A stretch of DNA of 64,000 bases from Neophaeotheca triangularis. Lineage: Eukaryota. Below are positions 23,783 to 33,893 of this stretch, in pieces; within the stretch, counting starts at the first letter, position 1; each line of letters begins with the position of its first letter. The stretch is taken from assembly GCA_054600435.1 (NCBI GenBank), contig BAAIJX010000022.1, positions 186,001 through 250,000 of the forward strand, read 5' to 3'. Under the pieces are notes generated by a model. The model was not told the origin of the DNA. It did not search any database and was given only the letters and a program-made list of their open reading frames with translations. The position numbers were made by a program, and so were the translations under genes.

Positions 23783-25789
23783 ATGTCTGCCCAAACCAAA
23801 CGTCCGATCCGCATCGCAGGTAATGCTTCCAACCCGACTTGATCGATAGATTAAAGCTCACGAACAATTGACGAACAGGATGCTCTGGCGCCGCAACGGA
23901 CAGGCGGTTCGCAATGGCGAACTTCGCCGCCAATTGCCCAAACGACCCCGTCGACGTTCTAATCGGAGACTGGATGTCAGAAGCCAACATGACTTCTCGG
24001 GCAGCTCTTAAAATCGACAATACCACTGCCGGGGGCTTCATGCCGTCCACCAACGCTGCCAAAGCAGCTACCGAAGGAGCTTATGAACCAACTTTCCTCG
24101 AAGCCTTGGAGCCCGCTCTTGAGAACATCGCCAAGTACAAGATCCGTGTAGCTGTAAATGCTGGGGCGAGCGATACCCAGCTGCTCCACCGAGTCGTGAC
24201 TGAGCTCCTCGCCTCTAAAGGCCTCTCACTCAAAGTCGCCTGGATCTCTGGGGACGAAGTTCTGCCCGCTGTGCAAAAAGCCCAGGAAACCGGACAGAAC
24301 AGTTTCGAAAACATCTGCACCGGCGAAGTCCTCAACGACTGGAAATTCAAACCCATCTACGCCCAAGCCTACCTCGGGGGGCTGGGGATCGCCGCCGCGC
24401 TCGCAGAAGGCGCCGACATTGTCGTCTGTGGCCGTGTCAGCGACGCCAGCCCAGTAATCGGCGCAGCCTACTGGTGGCACAACTGGCAACGACACCAACT
24501 GGACGAACTCGCCAACGCCTTCGTCGCCGGCCACCTAATCGAATGCAGCAACTACGTCTGCGGCGGCAACTTCACCGGTTTCAAGTCCCTCGAAACCAAA
24601 GGCTGGCACGACATCGGCTACCCCATTGCAGAAATCTCCCACACCGGCAGCGTCGTCATCACCAAGAACGCCTCCTCTGGCGGTGAAGTCTCGACCCAAA
24701 CCTGCGCTTCCCAGCTCCTCTACGAAATCCAAGGCCCCCAATACTACAACTCGGACGTCACCGCCATCCTCACCAACATCCAATTCGAACAACTCGGCAC
24801 CGACCGCGTCGCCCTGCGCGGTGTCCGCGGCGCCCCGCCCCCTCCAACCACCAAAATAGGTCTCACGGCCCCCGGCGGCCACCAAGCAGAAGTGCACTGG
24901 TTCCTATGCGGCCTCGACATCGGCGCCAAAGCGCGCATGATGGAAGCCCAAGTCCGCCACGCCCTGACGCCCTATAGCGCGCGCTTCAGCAAGCTAACCT
25001 TCACGCTCAACGGCAGCGCGGCCGTGGACAGCGCCTCGCAGCCGGCGGCGACGGTCGACTTCCGCGTCTTCGTGCAAGCGCCCGAGGCCGCCGACATCGC
25101 GCCCGCCAGGTTCTTCAGACCCGTCGTCGATCCCGTGATGCAGGGCTACCCGGGCGCGACCATGCATTTGGACTGGCGGCAGGGCATGCCCAAGCCCGTG
25201 TACGAGTACTGGGTCACGCTGCTGCCGCAGAGCGAGGTGTTGCATCGGGTGCACTTGTGGGATGGCAGGGAGGTTGAGATTCCGCCGCCGGAGGTCACGA
25301 GGGTTTGGGAGAAGTTGCAGCCTAGTGTTGCCGTTAGTGAGGGTGGGCCGTTGGGGGCGGAGGAGGCGGTTGAGAGGTGGGGGGCCGTGGTTCGGGGGCC
25401 GTTGGGTTGGATTGTGCATGCGAGGAGTGGGGATAAGGGGAGTAATGCGAATGTGGGGTTTTGGGTGAGGTATGCAGATGAGTGGGATTGGTTAAGGTGG
25501 GTGTTGTCTTCGGACAAGGTGAGGGAGTTGTTGGGGGAGGAGTATAACGGGAAGAGAATTGTGAGTTTTTTCAACCTTCATGGAGAAAGTTGTGTTGGGT
25601 GCTGACCATTAGCAGGACCGTTTCGAGCTTCCGAACATGTACGCGGTGCATTTCCTACTGCACGACCATCTCGACCGAGGCGTCAGTTGCTCGAGTTCCT
25701 ACGACTTCTTGGGCAAAAACGTGGCCGAGTTTCTGAGATCGAGATTTGTGGAATTGCCTGTCAAGTTCTTGAACAGGGGTAAGCTGTAG
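23783..25789 (+). CDS. DUF1446 / AtuA-like (acyclic terpene utilisation family) protein; exons 23783-23819, 23879-25560, 25616-25789
   Basis: RPIRIAGCSG, GDWMSEANM, AQAYLGG, GADIVVCGRVSDAS, AGHLIECS, QLLYEIQGP, HARSGDKGSNANVG, AVHFLLHDHLDRGV; ends RGKL. Confidence 0.92.
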
Positions 25790-25947
25790 GATAGTTCGAT
25801 GAAAAGAGAATTTCACACTCTTGGGGGAAAGAAAAAGAGAGAAAAGAAAAGGAAAAAACGAAGTCCAGTTCCCACAACCAACCCCAAACACCACCGCTCG
25901 AAGAATTCCAAATAAAGAATAAACCTCCCCGCCATCATCACCCTCCT

Positions 25948-28900
25948 TCACATCCCAGGCCTAAACTCAGGATCAACCTTACTCTGCTTAAAAAGACTCT
26001 TCCCCCGAAGCAACCACTGCCGATAAGCCTTATACCGCTTCTTCCCACCATCCTCGACCTTGACGTCCAAACAATCGACCCACTCGGTCAAAAACTCCTC
26101 AAAACGCTCCAAATCCTCCTCTCCAACCCCTCCCTCCTCCTCCCCCTCCTCTTCCTCCCCCGCAAAACCCGCCCCGCCCGCTTTGTGCACGTACTCGACG
26201 TAGTCGTGATTGGCGTCCGTGGGCAGCTCGGTGGAGATTACGAGGGGCAGGTTGAGCGGGTGCGAGATGTAGCGCGTGTATTCTGCCGTTTCGGCTGTGT
26301 TTACGGCTGGGTTGAGGGAATTGGTGTGGAATTGGTTCAGCGTCCATTGATGTTGAAGGGTTTTGTCGGGCGCGGGGGGTTTGGTCTTGTCGTTGTTGTT
26401 GTTGTTGTTGTTGTCGTTGTCGTGGTGTGGATAGTAGATGGCCGGAGCTGAGAGAGACTTTTCCAGCCGTGGGGAGCGGAGGATGCTGGGTTTTTGCGTG
26501 TTTTGGTGGCCTTCGCCGGCGTAGGGGCGGGTTGTTGTGGGGTCTGAAGATCGTTGGGGTTGTTCGTTCTGCGGTTCGAGGATTTTGACGCCTTTGCGGG
26601 GTTTTTTGTCGGGGGAGTCGATGGAGGCGCCACGGTGGTGCTCGAGGCGTGGTTTGAACGGGCTGAAGTCGAACTGCTTGGTGTCGCGGTGGGGCCGATC
26701 GGGCAAGTAGCGGTTGCTGGAGTTCATGCGATAAGAGTAGACTTTGAGGAACGAGGAGATGGCAGTCGGTCTGTAGTACTCGACCCAGAAATCGTCGTAA
26801 GCGCTGACGGCGTCCGGTTCGCCGTCTTCGCGCGGCCCATCTCGCAGTCGCGGAGGCATCACCCTAGGTTGAAGGTGCTCGGGCGTGTACCAGGTGATGT
26901 AATCTCTCCTGCTGCGTTTGAGCCAAGCCTTAGGGTCGCTGTGATGGAGGTAGTAATCAGTCGCCAGATCCCATAACATCGGCTGTCCCTGAGCCCAGAT
27001 GTAATTGCCCAAGAACAGATTATACGCCTCCTGCCGCTGACTGTCCAAGAAACTGTTATGGTAGTACCGCTTGAAACTCTCCACCATATCCCTCGAATGA
27101 CTCTGCCAATGGTTGAGTTTCCGATACGTAGCCATGGTATTCACAAGATGCGAACCGCCATACTGCACAGCAATAGTATCGCCATGATCATGAAACATGT
27201 GCGTGAAGATATTCACAGCGTCCGTATCGTAATCGACATCGGGCCTATCCAGCACGCCGAGCGCCTGCAACTGCTGCCCAAACGCCCTCTTCCCAATGAC
27301 GAATTGCGCGGCATTCGTGCGATCCAGGCAATCGATACAATTCGTCCGCGCAATGCCGTTCTGCACCTGCGGCTCATCGACACCGGCGTCTCCATTGTGG
27401 AAGAAACCCGTCTGCGCCATGATCTCCTCGGCAATGACTTCCAAACTCCCAATGACATCTCCGCCCCGCGTCTTCGACGCCCGACTCATATCGAAAGCCC
27501 TGTACCGGATTTGGTTCATCTCCGGCAGCGACAGATTCAGGTAATCAATAGCGTCCTTGAAAGCATGCAGCAGCTTCGACTCCCTCGGCGTGCGCTCCCG
27601 CGCTTTGATCAGATTGAGCACATAAATCGGACACCCGTACCTCTTGAACAAATCATCAAAATGCAGCGCGGCAGGCTGATAAAACGGGTCCTGCAAATTG
27701 AGATCGATATCGGGCTTGGGGGTCACGCCGCTATTGTCCTGCGTCCAGTACAGCGGTATACTCCCGCGGTGGTGGACATACGAGGTATAAGTCGGGTTGC
27801 TGAAAAGCCTAGGCCCGGGGGCGTGAAAAGAGGTCGTCAACATTTCCGACACAATCTGCTCCGTTTCCACGTCGTTGGCCACGTAGCCGGAATCGTTGAT
27901 GCCGCGCTTGAGGAAGCGAGCGCCGGCGAAATGGCGCGAGCGGCGGCCGATGATGGTGATGTAGACGCTGCGGCCGAAGATGTCGAGAGCGGATTGGTCT
28001 ATAAAACCGTGAATGATGGGGAGACACCACTCGAAAGGGTTGCGGAGAGCGAACTTGGCCGGCTTGAGCAAGTGTGCGTTCCACACAAACATGCTGTTAT
28101 GGTCCGGGGGCGGGGCTTTGAGGCCTTGGTTCGTAGCCTCGCGCTGGCGGATGATGTTGTGTTGCAGCGACTGCGTGATATCGTACGAATAGCTGAAGTA
28201 GAACGACTTGCTCAAGTCGAGATTATTCAGAATCCCCAAAAACCTCGCCTCCTCTGGGTTCCTATCCCTCGAAAACCGGCTGCTCGACCCCGTGGTGAGG
28301 GGAATTTGCTCCGTCGCTTCAATCTGATAGACATAATGCCCACCGATCATAGCAACCTGCCCCCTCTTGGTAATAATAACCATATAATAAGCCTCGGTAA
28401 AGCGAATAAACCCCAAAACCCCCCAAAAACTGCACTTCACCCTCAACCCACCCGTAGCTCTATTCCCCTCATCAATCGAAGCCAACACATCATTAATCTG
28501 CCGCCGGTCATACACGGTATCGTCCTCAAACAGCGAAATCTGGCCGGGCGCAGACGTGCGATCAATGCGCAGCAGCTTGAACCGCTGGTCACCCACATCA
28601 CCCCCCGTGATCCAATACCTCGCCGTCGTCTCATACAGCATAAACTTATGCAACCGCAACGGTTTCGCGCCGGGGCCCGTAGCTTCGGCGCCAACACCGC
28701 CGTCAACCTGCCCATCACGCCCGACGCAGACTTCGCCGCTGGCTTCCGCGAGCGTCGCGCCCACTTGCGGGTACAGCGGGGCATCGGCGATGGAGCCGCT
28801 GCTGAGGCGTTTCGGATCTTTGCCGCCGCCGCCGTCGGCAGCATCTTGGTGTTGGTGCACGGCGCTCCGCCTGGAGGTTTCCCCGCCGTATTCGCTGTCG

Positions 28901-28950
28901 ACATTCGGCCCGGCGTCAGCAGGGCCGTCGTCGATGGGTCCGTGTTCCAT
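25948..28950 (-). CDS. FIG4: PI(3,5)P2 5-phosphatase Fig4 (Sac domain), 1000 aa
   Basis: RHFAGARFLKRG, VANDVETEQIV, RGSIPLYW, catalytic RTNCIDCLDRTNAAQ, HGDTIAVQYGGSHLVNTM. Confidence 0.96.
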   Translation of the reverse strand: MEHGPIDDGPADAGPNVDSEYGGETSRRSAVHQHQDAADGGGGKDPKRLSSGSIADAPLYPQVGATLAEASGEVCVGRDGQVDGGVGAEATGPGAKPLRLHKFMLYETTARYWITGGDVGDQRFKLLRIDRTSAPGQISLFEDDTVYDRRQINDVLASIDEGNRATGGLRVKCSFWGVLGFIRFTEAYYMVIITKRGQVAMIGGHYVYQIEATEQIPLTTGSSSRFSRDRNPEEARFLGILNNLDLSKSFYFSYSYDITQSLQHNIIRQREATNQGLKAPPPDHNSMFVWNAHLLKPAKFALRNPFEWCLPIIHGFIDQSALDIFGRSVYITIIGRRSRHFAGARFLKRGINDSGYVANDVETEQIVSEMLTTSFHAPGPRLFSNPTYTSYVHHRGSIPLYWTQDNSGVTPKPDIDLNLQDPFYQPAALHFDDLFKRYGCPIYVLNLIKARERTPRESKLLHAFKDAIDYLNLSLPEMNQIRYRAFDMSRASKTRGGDVIGSLEVIAEEIMAQTGFFHNGDAGVDEPQVQNGIARTNCIDCLDRTNAAQFVIGKRAFGQQLQALGVLDRPDVDYDTDAVNIFTHMFHDHGDTIAVQYGGSHLVNTMATYRKLNHWQSHSRDMVESFKRYYHNSFLDSQRQEAYNLFLGNYIWAQGQPMLWDLATDYYLHHSDPKAWLKRSRRDYITWYTPEHLQPRVMPPRLRDGPREDGEPDAVSAYDDFWVEYYRPTAISSFLKVYSYRMNSSNRYLPDRPHRDTKQFDFSPFKPRLEHHRGASIDSPDKKPRKGVKILEPQNEQPQRSSDPTTTRPYAGEGHQNTQKPSILRSPRLEKSLSAPAIYYPHHDNDNNNNNNNDKTKPPAPDKTLQHQWTLNQFHTNSLNPAVNTAETAEYTRYISHPLNLPLVISTELPTDANHDYVEYVHKAGGAGFAGEEEEGEEEGGVGEEDLERFEEFLTEWVDCLDVKVEDGGKKRYKAYRQWLLRGKSLFKQSKVDPEFRPGM

Positions 28951-29672
28951 TTTGAAAGTGCTGCAATGCTAGTTCGAACGGAAAGTGCAGAGGGTCTGGG
29001 TGGACGGGTGCTCCTCAGCCTGTAGTGGGAGTGGCGGGCATGACCATCTTGCGCGGAGGATGAGAGCAAACCGTTGCTCTTTGTTACCGTGCCTAGTCTT
29101 GAGAATTGCCCGGCCTTGAAATGAGCTCAATCGAAGTAATTGTGACGGTAGTCGGGATTGATGATAGTGTAGGCGTGGAACGAAAGGCGTTCGTTCAGCA
29201 GAAGGGGTGTTGCTCGCTTATTATGTATCAAAGCTCACAGCCAGCGAGGTGAGGTCTCAAGTGGCGTGGCTTGATGGATTGACCGCCAAGGCTCGCCTTC
29301 ATTCCACGCATGACCCGACCTGCCAGCATAGAAATACACACATAAGGTATGGCAAGTACCTAGCATGTATAGCCAAAGGCACTTTGAAACGAGTAGCAGC
29401 AAGACGTCGACTTCCACAAGACACAGCACTTCGATGGCATTAAACACAACCGACCAAAAGGCACGAATCAGCGAGCTAAGAAACTCTCAATCTTCGTATC
29501 TATAAACGAGGAGAAGCTACACGTTCTCCAAACGGCAGCAAAGTGTGCTCAAACCCCTGCCCGATGTACTCATATTCCCATAGCAAACCATGCAAGCACC
29601 CTCCCTTCCACTACCAAACCATGCAAAACCCCCACCACCCCATCTCTCTCTCTGCCTCAAAACCTATCCCCT

Positions 29673-32600
29673 CTACTTATCAAGCTTAACCATGACATAA
29701 GGAATCTCGACATCCTCCTCCGTCTCATCCTCAGCAGTTATCTCGAAGATAACATTCCTCTGATGCTCTGGAATCTTCTTCTTGGAAATCGTCTCGACAA
29801 GCTCACTCATCTTGAGAGGCAAACGATCCTTGGTCTTGCTAGGCGGGTAAAAAGACGCGTACAGCAAACTGACACCCGAGGAGATCATGCTGATGCTCAA
29901 ACCCTTGGCCTTGAAATGGTCGATGAAAGCTTGCAGCGTGATGTCGTCGGTTTCGAAACGGTCCCAGAGTTTGTCAATGGTCACGTCGCCGTTGGGACCC
30001 TTGTAAGTGCCCTTTGGTGAAGCGATGGGTTCGGAGAAGCCGAAGAATGGCAGGGCGAGGTTGATGAAGCCGTTTTTGTAGGCTTCAATGTCGTCGTTGC
30101 CGTCAATGATTTTGTAGAGTTCGAGCACGACGAGACCTGTGACGAGGGCAGTTGTGGTGGCGATGGCTGGGATGATCTTGCCCGCGATGAACTTTGTCTT
30201 GTGCCTGTCTGCTGTGGCAATTTTGTAGTTTTCGGCTCGTAGGTTCGAGGCGGCTGTGATGAAGTCGATGTGGTAGTTGGTGTCGTCGTCCTTTTCAAAC
30301 TCGACTGGCTCCAGCTTGAAGCCTGACGGGAGCGACTTAGGTGCCGGGAGCGACTTGGCGATGCGGTCGAGTTGTTCGTTGTCGTCCATAGGGTCGCTGT
30401 TGCTGTTGGCGTTGGGGTCGGGCTCCTTCTCGTCAGCTTGGATCTTGACGTTGGCGTCGGGCTTGAAGTCGGGAATCATCATGTTCTCAATCACGCTGAC
30501 AATGTGCTTGCGGTCAGTTGTCGGCTTGATGCCATAATTGAAGGCATGCAAGTTTGCCGCGGCCTGGACGAAAGTGTAGTGAGTGGAGTTGTTGGGGTCA
30601 AAGCGGAGAGGGTCAGGAGCTCGCTTGGGGCCTGACCAGAAAGGCTGGCCTGAAGATGTCTTTGAGTCCTTGGGGAAATTGTAGAGGAGTTGCTGGATAG
30701 CGTTGTTGTATTGCTTCTCGAACTGCATGCGGGCCCAGGTGATGCAGTCGTCGAAGGTCTGAGGCTTCTCGGTGACGAGGAAGTCACGAAGAGTCTCCAG
30801 AGTCTGCTTCTCGTTGCCAGACTGCTTGAGTGCGGTGCCCAAGTAGTCCTTTTGCGTGAGGTACATGTTGACGACCTCGGCCGGACCAGCGAAGTAGGTG
30901 TGGAACAGGTCCTTGGCCCAGGCAATGGTGTGCTCGATGCGGTTGGGGAAGCTGCGCAATGTGCACATGGGGAACGACTGCTCGGGCGGATCTTGCGAGC
31001 TGGAGTAGGACTCTGTCTTGCGGGGGAGCACCACTTGGGTGTTGCCCTTGGTGCCGAGAGTGCCGCTGTCGAGCAAAGGCTTGTGGAAGAAGACGCAGCG
31101 CCTGTCAACGTACGTTCTCGCGTCGACATTGTCCAGCGCGTTCGTCACGCCATCCAAGCTCTCCCAGAAATTCTCATTGAAGATGTGCTCCGTGTCTTGC
31201 GCCACGCGGTCCTTCATCATCGAGATCTTGCCTTGGAGATCGGGGTTCATGGCCTGCACGGCTTGCGCGGCACACTCGCTCTTGAGCTTGCCAACATCCT
31301 TTGAACGGAACAAGAATTGCCTGTTCAGATTGCTCTTCTCGATCTGGTCCATGTCCGTGACACTGATCTTGCCCTTTGATCCCGTTGACAAACCAATCAT
31401 GGCCCAATTCTTCAGCATCTCACAGCCAATGGCACCAGCACCGACGAGGAATTGGTTGACGTTTGAGAGCTTTTCCTGAAACTCCTTGCCAAAGACCGCG
31501 ATTTGCCCATCGTACCTCGTGCCCAAAGGCTTGCACAACTCTTCGCTGCGCTTGCTCGACGTAGGCAGAGACTCCAGGGAGTCAAAGTACAACCACTGCA
31601 CAACGGGATGGAACTTGCCAGAAACAGACTTGAGCACTTCTTGCGCCGCAAGACCACCGTAAAAGGCATTCATCGGCGCAAGATCTCCCTGTGCCTGGTA
31701 TGCCAACTCTTTAATGATCTTCTCATCCAGCTCGACCTTGTCCTCGCCGGCACCAGCAAGCTCTTGCGCAATCTTCAAAACTTCCTGTGCATCGGTCTCG
31801 CTGTGCGGCTTGGGCAGATCGCCCTTTTGCTCAACGAACTTATGAAGAGCCTGGAAACCCACATGAAGCTGCGCCGGGCGGTCGAATTTGGCGAAATCGG
31901 ACATGAGAAGCTCGGGCTTTGCGAGCTGTCTGCTCAGAGGCTCAAAGTCGACGAACTTGGGCATCTTGACCTGGCTGTAGAGGCCTCCGCGCTTGTACTC
32001 TCCCAGCCCAGAGACATCGCCAATGGAGAATGTGTAGGGGCCCTTGACAGTGACCTTTCGCGGTGCGGCACCATTCAGGCCCTCCATACCCTCCACCTCT
32101 TCAAAAGTGACGTAATCGCCGTCCTCAAGCCCATGCCTCGTCTCATCGAGCGCCGAGACCAAGCCTTCCGAGTCGATGTCCGCCACGATACCACTGAGCG
32201 GGTTCTCGCCAGTAGCGTCGCCGATGGTGAACTTCTTTCCAAAGTCCGTGAAAATGCTGCCGAACAAACCGAATGTATCCGTAATCACGACAAAGATGCC
32301 GTTCTGGTGGCAAAAGTCCGCAATCTTCACCTGCTCCGCGAGCGGCGTGTCCGTCAAAACCACCGTCTGGTACTTCTTCAGCGCCTCCAGATCCGACGCC
32401 AGGCTCTCACCCGGGTGCGTGCCGACAGGCGTGTAAGGGTTCAGTTCACTGACTCGGGGCACGGTAACGTCTGCGCGCGGCTTTCCGACATCTTGCGGTT
32501 GGAGGAAGAACTGCGAGCTCAGGTCTTGTATGCGAGCGGGTTTGGGGTCGTGGAGGGTGAGAGATTTGACACCGGCGAGGGCGATGTTCTTGGCGATTTC

Positions 32601-32915
32601 CACACCCAAGCCGCGCAGACCTGAGATGAGGATGTGGCTGGCGCCCATGCGCTTCATGGCCTCGTGGCCGAGCACGTAGAGCTGGCGGCTGTAGAGAGAC
32701 TCATCAATTTGAGCGTCGGGGTCGGAGAGGAGCTGCTCCTTGACCGCGGCGGGGTTGTTCATGTCGACGTCCATGTTGGAGGTGGTGTAGGCGGCAGCCG
32801 GGTTGTTGTTGCTGCTGCTGCTGTTGCTGCCGTTTGTGCTCTGCAAGTTGTTAATGTTAGAGGCTGCTAGGAGATCCGCAATGGAGAGCCCGCTGTCGTC
32901 GAAACATACACTCAT
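29673..32915 (-). CDS. UBA1: Ubiquitin-activating enzyme E1 (first in-frame ATG at 32915; frame open further upstream)
   Basis: [37 protein letters not shown], catalytic [43 protein letters not shown]. Confidence 0.98.
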   Translation of the reverse strand: MSVCFDDSGLSIADLLAASNINNLQSTNGSNSSSSNNNPAAAYTTSNMDVDMNNPAAVKEQLLSDPDAQIDESLYSRQLYVLGHEAMKRMGASHILISGLRGLGVEIAKNIALAGVKSLTLHDPKPARIQDLSSQFFLQPQDVGKPRADVTVPRVSELNPYTPVGTHPGESLASDLEALKKYQTVVLTDTPLAEQVKIADFCHQNGIFVVITDTFGLFGSIFTDFGKKFTIGDATGENPLSGIVADIDSEGLVSALDETRHGLEDGDYVTFEEVEGMEGLNGAAPRKVTVKGPYTFSIGDVSGLGEYKRGGLYSQVKMPKFVDFEPLSRQLAKPELLMSDFAKFDRPAQLHVGFQALHKFVEQKGDLPKPHSETDAQEVLKIAQELAGAGEDKVELDEKIIKELAYQAQGDLAPMNAFYGGLAAQEVLKSVSGKFHPVVQWLYFDSLESLPTSSKRSEELCKPLGTRYDGQIAVFGKEFQEKLSNVNQFLVGAGAIGCEMLKNWAMIGLSTGSKGKISVTDMDQIEKSNLNRQFLFRSKDVGKLKSECAAQAVQAMNPDLQGKISMMKDRVAQDTEHIFNENFWESLDGVTNALDNVDARTYVDRRCVFFHKPLLDSGTLGTKGNTQVVLPRKTESYSSSQDPPEQSFPMCTLRSFPNRIEHTIAWAKDLFHTYFAGPAEVVNMYLTQKDYLGTALKQSGNEKQTLETLRDFLVTEKPQTFDDCITWARMQFEKQYNNAIQQLLYNFPKDSKTSSGQPFWSGPKRAPDPLRFDPNNSTHYTFVQAAANLHAFNYGIKPTTDRKHIVSVIENMMIPDFKPDANVKIQADEKEPDPNANSNSDPMDDNEQLDRIAKSLPAPKSLPSGFKLEPVEFEKDDDTNYHIDFITAASNLRAENYKIATADRHKTKFIAGKIIPAIATTTALVTGLVVLELYKIIDGNDDIEAYKNGFINLALPFFGFSEPIASPKGTYKGPNGDVTIDKLWDRFETDDITLQAFIDHFKAKGLSISMISSGVSLLYASFYPPSKTKDRLPLKMSELVETISKKKIPEHQRNVIFEITAEDETEEDVEIPYVMVKLDK

Positions 32916-33893
32916 GACTTTCTTGTGTGTCGGGGGGCTGGCCGGAGCCTCTTCTGCCGGCCGTTTACCCAGCTTGGCTGAGTTGGAGTGGGCGTTGGGT
33001 GACGAAGTGAGATTGGAAGATGGGGAGGTGGGGGAGTGAATGGGGTCGCTCTTTGACGAGGAAATGGTGACGAGTGACGAGTGACGACGGGAATGCGGTA
33101 AAGGGTAAGGAGGGGAAATGGGTACTAGCGGAGAGTGATGGAAGTGGGTGGGGACTTGATGCAGTGATGAGAGCGGCGGAAGGGTAAGGTAGGTAGGAGG
33201 TAGGTTAGGGCGTCGGATGGAAAGAGAGAAGAGACTGGCTTGGTTAGGTTGTTGGACTGGCTTGACTGGCTTGACTGGCGTCTTGGTTGGATGCAAAGGT
33301 TATGCAGGTGGCAAGGCGGTCGGAACAGGCAAGGGTGGTACTGTATGGAAAAGCTTCTTGTCCTCTGTTGGTCGAACAAACGGCGGGGCAGGGTCTTGTT
33401 GGTGATTTGGTCAAAAAAGCGCAGCTAAGTCAAACAAGAACACTGTGTGAACAAACCATGTCGGAGGGCCGAGTGAGAGCTCCAAAGACCGGGAGGCAAG
33501 TGTGGAAACGCGGCGAAGCTCTGACATCATGTTGCCTGATAAAGTAAGGTACCTATACCTTAGGTAGGTAGCTACCTACATTGACTGCAGGTACCTTGGA
33601 AGATAACAGGATCAAATTGATGTAAAAAAAAAAACCCATTAAAGACTTCAATCGAACACGCCACACGCCTCGCTGTTCAAAAATCGAAAATCATCGGGTA
33701 TCAGAAGCCCCCGAAAACTACACCCTGCCCGTCATAATAACAGAACAGAACCAACCCCAAAAAGACCCAATCCACCGTGGCACCCTTATCCCGCATAAAA
33801 GCAGTGTGCTGTTCATCCCAAGGTATCTGCCTTGAACCACAATCGCCTGATCCGTCTAAGAGCTCCCCCCTTTACTCAATCGTCCACCTTGTC

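Noticed and set aside
27058..29025. 655-aa + strand ORF antisense to FIG4
   Set aside because: Shadow ORF produced by the codon bias of the real gene; no motifs. The same applies to antisense ORFs over UBA1, NOP53, the laccase and the kinase.
33066..33296. ORF-track UBA1 start at 33296
   Set aside because: It is a TTG in pyrimidine-rich, UTR-like sequence; the ATT at 33065 or ATG at 32915 is more plausible.
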